Shown piece after piece: positions 1 through 8,456 of a stretch of 38,278 nucleotides of DNA (the stretch's first letter is position 1; each line of letters begins with the position of its first letter). Where the stretch lies: contig CBDCEW010000025.1 in the NCBI GenBank assembly GCA_965215885.1, forward strand, positions 1 to 38,278. The letters run 5' to 3'. The notes below the pieces were generated by a model that saw only the letters and a program-made list of their open reading frames with translations, did no database searches and was not told the DNA's origin. The translations under genes were made by a program, and so were the position numbers. This DNA is from Candidatus Moanibacter sp. (GTDB taxonomy: Bacteria; Verrucomicrobiota; Verrucomicrobiia; Opitutales; UBA2987).

Positions 1-222
1 TCAAGGCCACGCGATAATTTGACCGAGAACGGCTGTTTCTCTTTTAGGCATGACTTTCTGATTTTCGCTCGTAATGTCCCTCATGGGTTGGTCTTTTTTT
101 ATCTTTCACATGCTGAGATCCAGTCTGGGAGCCTGAAGGACATTGCCGACAGAAAACTAGAGGCAAGTTACTGGGAAAACTACCCTGAATTTCTAAGGTT
201 TACGGGACGCCACCTCCAATGA
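1..222 (+). CDS. 3' end of an upstream gene (partial, unknown product), coupled to the glycosyltransferase gene
   Basis: Frame is open from base 1 to TGA at 220-222, which overlaps the ATG at 219 (ATGA overlap). No recognisable motif. Confidence 0.45.
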   Translation, partial: SRPRDNLTENGCFSFRHDFLIFARNVPHGLVFFYLSHAEIQSGSLKDIADRKLEASYWENYPEFLRFTGRHLQ

Positions 223-1403
223 AACTGGAAAAAGTCATCACTTTGGCCAACGAATCGGTGCGTATTCTCTTTCTCGCGATGGTTCGTTCGCTGCGCGCGA
301 CTGAGTGTGAACTGCCCGTCTGCGTGATTCCGTATGATGATCGCAGATTTGAGCTTCCCGAGGGCTGTCAATGGTGGGAAATTCGAGAAGTGTTGGAGTG
401 GCTCGACACCCTCGAACCTTACCGACATTCGCAACATTTAATGCGCAAATACCAATGTCTCCTGACCGAGAATTATCAGTTTATTGATTCCGATGCGATT
501 TTCCTGCGCGATCCGGAGGCCGCCCTCGCTCCACACTCCGGATTCATAACTTCATGCGGCCATTGGCACAGCCCTGTTGAGACGTTTGACGAATATTCGT
601 TTCCCGTCTTACGCGAGCGCACGACGGTCTGGCAAGCGAGCGTATTCAACACGGGGCAATTTGCTTGTGACAGGCGCCTCTACGACTTTCAGGAATTAAA
701 GGAAACCGCGGAGGATGCGCGACATCGACGGACCGTACTTGAGAACCCTTTTCATGAACAACCGGGATTGAATTTACTGGTAAATCTGAAGTGTGTTTCG
801 GTAACGAATCTGACCTTGCCCCCGAACCACATGGAGTCTACTTGGGCCAATGATTACCCTGATGAATTCGAGTGCTTCTGGTCTGAAACCGGAGGAGAAC
901 CGTACTTGATTCATTGGGCTGGTAGAAAAGCTGATGGCTCCCGACCGATCGACCAACTTTTCTTCAAATTCTTGAGCCTTAGCGAAAAAGGAGAGTATTT
1001 AGGTGTAAATTCACATCAACAATCAAAGGAGATTCAAGAAATGAGTTCGCAACCGCATGCCACGTTCCATGCCGCCTATCACCCGGCGGCCTTTCATTCA
1101 GCGACATACCACGCCGGTCCCTATCAACCGGCCGCGTTTCATCCCGAGACATACCACGCCGGTCCCCATCAACCGGCTGCGTTTCATCCCGCGACATACC
1201 ACGCCGCCGGCTATCACTCGGCGGCATTTCACCCTGCCGTATACGACGCGCTGATATCCGGCCAGCACCACGGGAAGGCTGTGCCTTTGCGTGTTCAGCA
1301 GAGCTACCTGTCAGCAATCGCCCAGTTCCATGAAGCAACCGCAAAGGTGTTTTCTACGTGGGCCAAAGAACTCACGGAAGAGGCTGAAGATGCGAAAAAG
1401 TGA
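219..1403 (+). CDS. GT-A fold glycosyltransferase (GT8-like) with in-frame C-terminal His/aromatic repeat module
   Basis: aa 1-~265 carry GT8-like motifs: FIDSD (DxD), FNTG, EQPGLN, IHWAGRK. aa 275-394 are a repeat region plus a helix-like tail. Confidence 0.75.
   Translation: MKLEKVITLANESVRILFLAMVRSLRATECELPVCVIPYDDRRFELPEGCQWWEIREVLEWLDTLEPYRHSQHLMRKYQCLLTENYQFIDSDAIFLRDPEAALAPHSGFITSCGHWHSPVETFDEYSFPVLRERTTVWQASVFNTGQFACDRRLYDFQELKETAEDARHRRTVLENPFHEQPGLNLLVNLKCVSVTNLTLPPNHMESTWANDYPDEFECFWSETGGEPYLIHWAGRKADGSRPIDQLFFKFLSLSEKGEYLGVNSHQQSKEIQEMSSQPHATFHAAYHPAAFHSATYHAGPYQPAAFHPETYHAGPHQPAAFHPATYHAAGYHSAAFHPAVYDALISGQHHGKAVPLRVQQSYLSAIAQFHEATAKVFSTWAKELTEEAEDAKK
1041..1403 (+). CDS. Putative RiPP precursor peptide (120 aa, internal start): repeat core plus C-terminal follower
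   Basis: AAGGAG at 1026-1031, 9 nt before an in-frame ATG at 1041. 13 aromatic positions (F/Y/H), mostly followed by H and nearly all 5 aa apart. Its stop overlaps the start of the RRE-rSAM gene. Confidence 0.65.
   Translation: MSSQPHATFHAAYHPAAFHSATYHAGPYQPAAFHPETYHAGPHQPAAFHPATYHAAGYHSAAFHPAVYDALISGQHHGKAVPLRVQQSYLSAIAQFHEATAKVFSTWAKELTEEAEDAKK
1086..1244 (+). repeat. Imperfect 45-bp (15-aa) tandem repeat, about 3.5 units (AAFH[S/P]-[A/E]TYHA-GP[Y/H]QP)
   Basis: Units start at 1086, 1131, 1176 and 1221. Many differences are synonymous (gcg/gcc/gct, cat/cac), consistent with selection on the peptide in this frame. Confidence 0.9.
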
Positions 1404-2745
1404 TGCTGTGGCGTTCGCCTATCTGCGTCAAACCGTACCCGCCGTCCGGTGTAGGGATGGCGGTGCACAGTTCAGCTGGCACGATCTCAACATCTCCGTC
1501 AACGCTGCGGGGCTGAGGATTTTGAATGCCCTGGACGGTTCCACGGCCATACCGGAACTCGTAGCACGAGAGCAATGGGACCTCTCCGTCGTCCGCGAAT
1601 TCATTAGGCGATTCATCGACGCAGGTTTAATAATACCACTCCACGAACCCCAGCGTAGAGCTCGGCGCGGCTGGATAAAAACCACGCGACTGTCAGCGGT
1701 ATCTGTCGAGATTATCCAGCAGTGCAACCAGAATTGCGTCCGTTGCTATCTAACGGGTATCGTTCCCGAAGGTAACCATCTATCGCTCTCAGAATTGGAA
1801 GACCTGTTCCGTGATCTGAAGTGGTACGGGGTAACGGCAGTATGCTTAAGCGGCGGGGAACCGTTCATGCGATCCGAGTGGCCAGAGATCGTTCGCCTCG
1901 CGGTTTGTCACGATCTTCAAGTTTCAATTGCCACCAATTCAACATTTTTGAGTGCCGAGACCCTTGCCCGTATTCGAGAATCGGGAGTAGCTGCGCTTCA
2001 GATCAGTGTCGACGGCACGGAGGCCACCCACGATGCGACACGCCAGTCCCCAGGGTCGTTTATCGCGCTGAAAAAGGTCTTTCATTCTTGTGCCAGGGCA
2101 GGGGTCCCCGCATTCGCCATCACGAGCATAAGTCGCGAGAACGCCTCGGACATCCCATCCCTTAACAGCATCCTCCGGGAATGGGGTGCGGTTGGCCACA
2201 TTGTGAACCGCTACGTCCCAACCGGTGTTTCTACCGACGACTATGTGTGTAGCTCGCGACAACAGTTTGAGAGTGCACTCGTCGAGCTACGCGACCGCAT
2301 GGCGGTTCCCGTGACCTCCTGCGATCCGGTGATTAACCATTGGCTTGGCCGAAAACAAATGTGCGGCGCGGGTTATTACGGAGCGAGTGTTTCCGCAACG
2401 GGGATGGTAAAAATCTGTGATACCGTTCCGCACGATACATTGGGCAATGTACGGAATACGAGAATCGGTGATGCATTTGAAAGATCGCCCCTCGTCGGTA
2501 ATATCGTTGAGCGGCATCAAGAGGCTCTCTCGAATAACCGATGGCACGACGATCCCTGTTATGGTTGCCTCGCTCATCAGACAGCGTGTCACCGCAAAAT
2601 TGATGGCGAAGACCCCTATCACTTCTCAGCTTCAACTACGACGGCCGCAGCGAAGACGCATGCAATCGGCAACGGTGTTGTTCCTTATGTCAAGATCGAA
2701 CAACAAGGTGCAGGGAGCGTCGGAAGTGCATACTCGGAAAATTGA
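1390..2745 (+). CDS. Radical SAM protein with N-terminal PqqD-like RRE and C-terminal SPASM/twitch domain (peptide-maturase type)
   Basis: CNQNCVRC at 1723-1746; LSGGEP, IATNS and QISVDG motifs; C-terminal CGAG...GMVKIC...LGNV...CYGC...EDP; N-terminal 'VNAAGLRILNALDGS...VREFIRRFIDAGLI' is RRE-like. Start placed at ATG 1390 (GAGG upstream) rather than 1291. Confidence 0.9.
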   Translation: MRKSDAVAFAYLRQTVPAVRCRDGGAQFSWHDLNISVNAAGLRILNALDGSTAIPELVAREQWDLSVVREFIRRFIDAGLIIPLHEPQRRARRGWIKTTRLSAVSVEIIQQCNQNCVRCYLTGIVPEGNHLSLSELEDLFRDLKWYGVTAVCLSGGEPFMRSEWPEIVRLAVCHDLQVSIATNSTFLSAETLARIRESGVAALQISVDGTEATHDATRQSPGSFIALKKVFHSCARAGVPAFAITSISRENASDIPSLNSILREWGAVGHIVNRYVPTGVSTDDYVCSSRQQFESALVELRDRMAVPVTSCDPVINHWLGRKQMCGAGYYGASVSATGMVKICDTVPHDTLGNVRNTRIGDAFERSPLVGNIVERHQEALSNNRWHDDPCYGCLAHQTACHRKIDGEDPYHFSASTTTAAAKTHAIGNGVVPYVKIEQQGAGSVGSAYSEN

Positions 2746-2833
2746 TTCCGCTAGCCCGAACATTTCACAAACCTTCTACTACTACGACGGATCACACCGC
2801 CTGTCAATGCCTTCGCTGGCCAGGAAAAGCGGG

Positions 2834-5182
2834 CTAAGAATCTCCTTCCCCACCCTCCCACCGATACTTTTCCACTAAGGCTCGAAATCGCGGGTGGTCG
2901 CGAAGCGTGTCCATATGTGGATCAAGATTCAGTAGCTCGATCGGAATGCCATTAGGGACTGAATAATAGAGCTCCATCTGGGCGATTGCTTCTGCCGGTT
3001 GCCCGACCATTGTGTAAATTGTCGCGAGATGTAACGTGAATTTTGGACCCCCGAGGGCATCCTTAGAAACTGGATGAAGGCGAACCGCCAAGAGGCCTTC
3101 CCTGACGGCGTCCTCTTTTCTATTGAGACCTGCATAGGCAAATCCGAGAGCACTATGAACGCTAGCGTCCTTTGGCCTGCTGATGATTTCGCGCTCGAGA
3201 ATCTCTCTGGCCGAGGCAAAGGCTTTCGCCGCTCGCTGCCTTTCGCCGGCAGATTGGGCGGTTATACCCATCAGGAGTGATTTTGGTAGATAATCCCCGA
3301 GATACTGAAGCGTCTCTTCATCCGTCCTGGAAAGAAATTCATCCGCGGCTTCGTAATTGCGATCAAGAAACTCAACCCACCATCGATCGCGGTCTAACTC
3401 GGGATATCGTTCAACAGCAGACCTGAGGGGGCGAAGTTGCCTCTCTCGTATGTATCGAATATATCCCTTGACCAGTGCTGCCGACGAACTTTCAGGAGCG
3501 AGAGAAAGCGTCTTATCGATATAGTACTCCGCATCATCGAAGCGCCGGTGGCGATACAAAAGCCATGCCAGCGAATGAGTGAGTTGCGGATCATATGGGT
3601 TCAGAATGAGGGCCTTTTCCCACGTCTCAATCGCTTCTTCCGACCGTCCGGATTGGTAATACATCCACCCCTGATTCCACAGCAATTCGTCGCTACCGGG
3701 CAGCCCCTTTTCCGCTTTTGCAAACTCCGCGAGTGCCCGCTCGAAATCTCTATACGCGTCATAGTAGAACCAGCCCATCGCGAAATGCCCCGCAGGTAGA
3801 TCGGGGTCCAGCGCGACGGCTCGTTCCGCCGCCAGCCGGACTTTCTCCAGGCGCTCATCGATTTTCTCATAGGTAGCCCAATAAACCCCATCTACCGTCG
3901 ATAAACGGGCATGGGCCAGAGCAAAGTTTGGATCCAGTTCTACCGCTTGTGTGAGCAATTCACGCGCTCGCTCTAGATATTCCTCCGGCCAACCGGGGCG
4001 TTTGAGAAACTCCATTCCCTGCAAGTATAAATCGTAAGCTTGCAGGTTCTCGGTTGGCTTTTTCGCGACTCGGGCGACTTCCTCCGGTGAAAATTCAGCC
4101 TCCAGAGCTGTGGTGATCTGCCGGGCGATTTCGCTCTGAATCGCAAAGAGGTTCTCCACCGTCAACTCGCGGTCGAATGAATCGGACCAGAGTTGTTCGT
4201 CGCTTTCAGCGTCGATAAGCTGCACATTGATGCGCACGCGATTACCGGCACGCTGGACGCCTCCCTCCAGAACTGTCGCCACACCCAGTTCCCCGGCGAT
4301 CTCACTGATCTTCTTAGTGGTATTTCGATACCCAATCATCGACGTCCGCGAAATCACCTTCAAGTCGCGGATCTTAAAAAGAGCAGTCAATAAGTCGTCG
4401 TGAATCCCGTCGGCGAAGAAGGCCACATCCTCCTCATCAGCACTTCTGTTTTCAAAGGGTAAGACGGCGATAGATTTTCGATTTTCCTCGCTTCTCGGTA
4501 TGGCGCGGATTTCCGCTTCTTGTGGATCGGTTCTCCAGAATTTCACCGCCAGTATTCCCATCAAGATGACAATAACCACGGTCGCAGGCATCAACAAACT
4601 GACTCCGCGCCGTTCGACTTTGGTTTCGGGCGTGGTTGGAGCGGACCTCCCCTTCCCGAACCGGACATGGTATACCCGCACAGGACGCGCTATGTTTTTG
4701 ACCCTCCGCTCTCCGGAAAACTCAAAGGCAAACTGCAGGTTTTCCATAACACTGTCATGGACGCTCCCCGCCACGCAAATACCGCCGCCATCCGCGAGAC
4801 CCTCCATGCGCGCCGCTACATTGACTCCGTCACCATAAATCCGATCCCCTTCCGTAATGACATCACCGAGATTCACGCCGATGCGGTAGCGCATGCGCCG
4901 CCTCTCCGGTAGTGAAGCGTTTCTTCCCAGCATCTCGATTTGAATCGCAACTGCGCAATTGACCGCCGCAACGGCACTGGGAAATTCCGCCAGGATGTTA
5001 TCGCCGGGGGAATCGACGACTCTCCCACTGTGCTCCTCAATGAGACGACTCGCGACTTCTCGATACGCCTTCAGGGTACGGATCGTCGCCTCCTCATCTG
5101 TTTCCATGAGACGACTGTATCCCTCCACGTCGGCACTTAGAATGGCTCTAAGCTTGCGTTCCATCGTCCTCTTCCTAGCCAT
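2834..5182 (-). CDS. Class III adenylate/guanylate cyclase + TM + TolB-N-like domain + TPR repeats
   Basis: AILSADVEGYS, GDNILAEF, RIGVNLGDV...YGDGVNVAARME; hydrophobic segment; SIAVLPFEN...VISRTS...LEGGVQRAGNRVRINVQLID; TPRs. Confidence 0.9.
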   Translation of the reverse strand: MARKRTMERKLRAILSADVEGYSRLMETDEEATIRTLKAYREVASRLIEEHSGRVVDSPGDNILAEFPSAVAAVNCAVAIQIEMLGRNASLPERRRMRYRIGVNLGDVITEGDRIYGDGVNVAARMEGLADGGGICVAGSVHDSVMENLQFAFEFSGERRVKNIARPVRVYHVRFGKGRSAPTTPETKVERRGVSLLMPATVVIVILMGILAVKFWRTDPQEAEIRAIPRSEENRKSIAVLPFENRSADEEDVAFFADGIHDDLLTALFKIRDLKVISRTSMIGYRNTTKKISEIAGELGVATVLEGGVQRAGNRVRINVQLIDAESDEQLWSDSFDRELTVENLFAIQSEIARQITTALEAEFSPEEVARVAKKPTENLQAYDLYLQGMEFLKRPGWPEEYLERARELLTQAVELDPNFALAHARLSTVDGVYWATYEKIDERLEKVRLAAERAVALDPDLPAGHFAMGWFYYDAYRDFERALAEFAKAEKGLPGSDELLWNQGWMYYQSGRSEEAIETWEKALILNPYDPQLTHSLAWLLYRHRRFDDAEYYIDKTLSLAPESSSAALVKGYIRYIRERQLRPLRSAVERYPELDRDRWWVEFLDRNYEAADEFLSRTDEETLQYLGDYLPKSLLMGITAQSAGERQRAAKAFASAREILEREIISRPKDASVHSALGFAYAGLNRKEDAVREGLLAVRLHPVSKDALGGPKFTLHLATIYTMVGQPAEAIAQMELYYSVPNGIPIELLNLDPHMDTLRDHPRFRALVEKYRWEGGEGDS

Positions 5183-5602
5183 TGGCTGAGTGTTGATCTA
5201 TTTTTCCCCGACCTGCCAATCATTCGGGCAACTTCACCGTATTTACGAATTGGAATATTAAGCGGGGGCATGGATGCAATAGAATTGTTCATGCTAAAAC
5301 AATCCTCTTAAGTGTGTAAAGTAATGATAGCGAGCCACAACCTTAGATACCTCAGGCTTCCCGAGGTGCAAATTCCTTTGTGTCTACTTTTTATTCTAAA
5401 CTGGTCTAAGTACTCCAATTAGTAAACATGGTTAGGTATGTGGGAGCGCTATCGGGGGGTAGATTGTCTTGAGTAATCGTTTCCTTTGGGAGATTCTCAT
5501 GCCAGCAGCCGGTCGGACTTTGTTCGATCCCGGCTTGCCGGGACTAGAAACAGGAGCGGGAAAGACATATCGGATAAGTCCGCGATTTCGAAAAACTTAG
5601 AA

Positions 5603-8383
5603 ATGGCTCAGCGAACTGCCGATAGGACCTCTCCTGACCGGCCGCACCGTTCTCAGCACGACGAACGCGCCGAAAGTTTGCGCTGTTGTGACGTTTTCGC
5701 AAACCTATCTGACCGCGATTTGCAAAGGATCGTGGTAGTGGCAGAGAAGGTAAAGGTCCCGGCCGGCCGGCAGTTCATCGTGCAGGACCGCACGGCCACG
5801 TTCGTGGATGTTTTGATATCGGGCCGCGCGCTTGTCTACCGGAAGATGGAGGAGGGCGAAGAGCTATCCCTCGCCGAGGTTCATGCCGGGGAAATGATTG
5901 GGGAGATGGGATATTTTTCGGAGGGTGTTCGGACAGCTTCGGTAAAAGCAATTGAAGAAACCCATCTGCTCCGCATCCAATACGCCGATTTCTTCTACCT
6001 GTTCGATCAGATACCCGTTCTAGCTCAGGCCTTTCTCTCGCTTCTGACCCACCGACTGCGGGATGCCAACATGCGCTATCAGAACAGCCTGCACCAACGG
6101 CGGCTGGCGGAACGGTCACTGAAGCATCTTACCGATTTCCTGGACCTTTCGGACGAGTTGGTCCTGGGCAAAGGAATTGAGGCCTTGATCAACCGGATCG
6201 TGCAGATGGCGTCCAAGGTAATGAAGGCGGACAGGGCTTCGCTTTTTCTCGTGGATCCTGCTACCGGCGACCTCTGGTCACGAGTGGCGGAGGGAGAAGA
6301 TACAAAAATGATAACTATTCCCGCGGGGACCGGCATTGCCGGGTGGGTCGCACAGCATGACAGCATACTGAACATCAGAGAGGCTTACAATGACGAGCGC
6401 TTCAACCCCGCTGTAGATAAGGCCACAGGTTACCACACCAAGACAATCCTCAGTGGTCCGGTAAGAGATCTGCAGGGGCGAGTGATCGGGGTCATTCAGG
6501 TTATCAACAAACTAAAGGGTGAGTTCGATGATCAGGACATTAGCCTGTTCAACGCCTTTGCCCACCAAGCGTCGGTCGCGGTCGAAAACAGCAATCTTTA
6601 TCAGCGCTTGATGACGAGCCATCAGAAGATGGCGATCTTGTTGGATGTCGCCAACTCAGTAAGCCAAACCCTGGAGCTTCCAATTCTTATCCACAAAATA
6701 ATCGAGAAAACTACCGAAATTCTTTTATGCGACAGATCGTCTTTCTTCATTCTTGACCGCGAAAGAAACGAATTGTGGTCAATGGAAGCGAAGGGGACTG
6801 AACTGAAAGAGATACGCTTTCCCGCCACCCTCGGGTTAGGGGGTTATACGGCGACGCACAATGAGATTTTGAATATCAAGGACGTATATCAGGACCCACG
6901 CTTTAATCGGGAAATCGACAAACGGACCGGCTATCGCACCTACAGCATGCTCTCGGTTCCGGTCGACAACCGCCAGGGAGAGGTGATCGGAGTCATACAG
7001 GCCGTAAACAAAAAAGGAGGAGTATTTGAAACAGAAGATGTAGAACTCTTAAAGGCCATCTCTTCGCAGATCGGAGTGGCGTTGGAAAATTCCCAGCTCT
7101 ACGCCGATACTATCAGTATCAAAAACTATCTTAAAAGCGTGCAGGAATCCATTACGAACTGCATCATCACGCTGGACCCCTCCTGCAACGTGGTTACGGC
7201 AAACCGGGCCGCTTATGAGCTGTTTGGTTTGCAGGAGGACAATGAGGGGGCAGGTCTGCTCGGAGCCAGTCTTGAGGAGTTACTGGGCGACAAGGATCAT
7301 TCAATTGTTCAACTGGTCAGAGAAGTCTGCAAGTCGCAGAACAGCATCGTCGAGTACGACATCAGCTTACAACTTCCCAACGATCAATCGCATTCAATCA
7401 ATGCTAACGTTCTGCCCCTGACGGATCACGAAGAGAAATTTCGTGGTGTCGTCATCGTTTTGGAAGACTTCTCATTGGAAAAGCGGCTGAAGAGTAACCT
7501 GACTCGCTACCTGGCCAAGGATATCGTGGAGAAGATGCTATCAGACCCCAAGATGCAAGCCTTGGGTGGGGAGCGCATCAAAGCGACCGTGCTGTTTACG
7601 GACATTCGGCAGTTTACGCCAATGGCGGAAGGTTTGTCCGCTGAAGCAACCATGGATTTTCTCAACGAATACTTTACGATCATGGTCGATGAGGTCATTC
7701 GCCAAGGTGGCTTGCTGGACAAGTTCATTGGAGATTCCCTCCTGGCCGTATTCGGCGTGCCTTATAATCGTGATGATGACGCTCTACGTGCCGTCTATGC
7801 CGCGCTGAATATGCAGGAAGTTCTTAACGAATTTAATCGCCGTCGAAAGGATAAGGGTCTTGGTGCGGTGCGGATGGGTATCGGTATCAACACCGACGAA
7901 GTGATCTCTGGAAATCTTGGATCGGAAAAGAAGATGGACTATACCGTGATTGGGGATGGGGTTAACATTTCGTCCCGTTTGGAAGGGCTCAATAAAAACT
8001 ATGGTACGCATATTCTTCTCTCCGATTCCACCCTGAAAGAGATCGGCGACCGCTTCACCACCCGGCCGATTGACTACGTGCGCGTGAAAGGAAAAACCGC
8101 ATCGATCTTAGTTCACGAAGTGCTTGGAGACAGTTCGTTAGGGTTCACGGAGTCACAAGTACTCTTTAACAAGGGTTTTCAGGCCTATCGCAATCGCGAT
8201 TTTGCCCAAGCCGTCAATATCTTCAGCAAGGGTTCACGCGGCGACCGGCTTTTCGCCACCTCTTTGGAGAGGTGCAATCATTTGCTCGAACACCCCCCCA
8301 GCGAGGACTGGGATGGGGTTTGGACAATGCACGACGAAACCGTTACTTATCCCTCGAGTGAATATGAATCGGGTTCGGACTAA
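5603..8383 (+). CDS. Adenylate cyclase, cNMP-binding + GAF + GAF + PAS + class III catalytic domain (CyaB1-like)
   Basis: IGEMG...RTASV (cNMP-binding); two GAFs (D-x-RFN...D..TGY.T...NK); PAS; LFTDIRQFT, DKFIGD, DYTVIGDGVNISSRLE. ATG 5603 preferred over TTG 5486. Confidence 0.92.
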   Translation: MAQRTADRTSPDRPHRSQHDERAESLRCCDVFANLSDRDLQRIVVVAEKVKVPAGRQFIVQDRTATFVDVLISGRALVYRKMEEGEELSLAEVHAGEMIGEMGYFSEGVRTASVKAIEETHLLRIQYADFFYLFDQIPVLAQAFLSLLTHRLRDANMRYQNSLHQRRLAERSLKHLTDFLDLSDELVLGKGIEALINRIVQMASKVMKADRASLFLVDPATGDLWSRVAEGEDTKMITIPAGTGIAGWVAQHDSILNIREAYNDERFNPAVDKATGYHTKTILSGPVRDLQGRVIGVIQVINKLKGEFDDQDISLFNAFAHQASVAVENSNLYQRLMTSHQKMAILLDVANSVSQTLELPILIHKIIEKTTEILLCDRSSFFILDRERNELWSMEAKGTELKEIRFPATLGLGGYTATHNEILNIKDVYQDPRFNREIDKRTGYRTYSMLSVPVDNRQGEVIGVIQAVNKKGGVFETEDVELLKAISSQIGVALENSQLYADTISIKNYLKSVQESITNCIITLDPSCNVVTANRAAYELFGLQEDNEGAGLLGASLEELLGDKDHSIVQLVREVCKSQNSIVEYDISLQLPNDQSHSINANVLPLTDHEEKFRGVVIVLEDFSLEKRLKSNLTRYLAKDIVEKMLSDPKMQALGGERIKATVLFTDIRQFTPMAEGLSAEATMDFLNEYFTIMVDEVIRQGGLLDKFIGDSLLAVFGVPYNRDDDALRAVYAALNMQEVLNEFNRRRKDKGLGAVRMGIGINTDEVISGNLGSEKKMDYTVIGDGVNISSRLEGLNKNYGTHILLSDSTLKEIGDRFTTRPIDYVRVKGKTASILVHEVLGDSSLGFTESQVLFNKGFQAYRNRDFAQAVNIFSKGSRGDRLFATSLERCNHLLEHPPSEDWDGVWTMHDETVTYPSSEYESGSD

Positions 8384-8456
8384 GTATTCGAGTTCGTAAC
8401 TACGGCGATGTATGCCGAGGCGATTTTGGATACTCTCACGCTTCGAAGAACGAACC

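Noticed and set aside
1086..1244. Repeat as a CRISPR array
   Set aside because: Contiguous codon-phased units without unique spacers, and no cas genes.
979..1344. Alternative-frame and antisense repeat ORFs (979-1344 minus; 1057-1254 plus)
   Set aside because: Shadows of the 45-bp repeat; synonymous variation and the RBS favour the His/aromatic frame.
1291..1389. ORF-track N-terminal extension of the radical SAM gene
   Set aside because: It overlaps the precursor coding region; ATG 1390 has an RBS and a typical coupled overlap.
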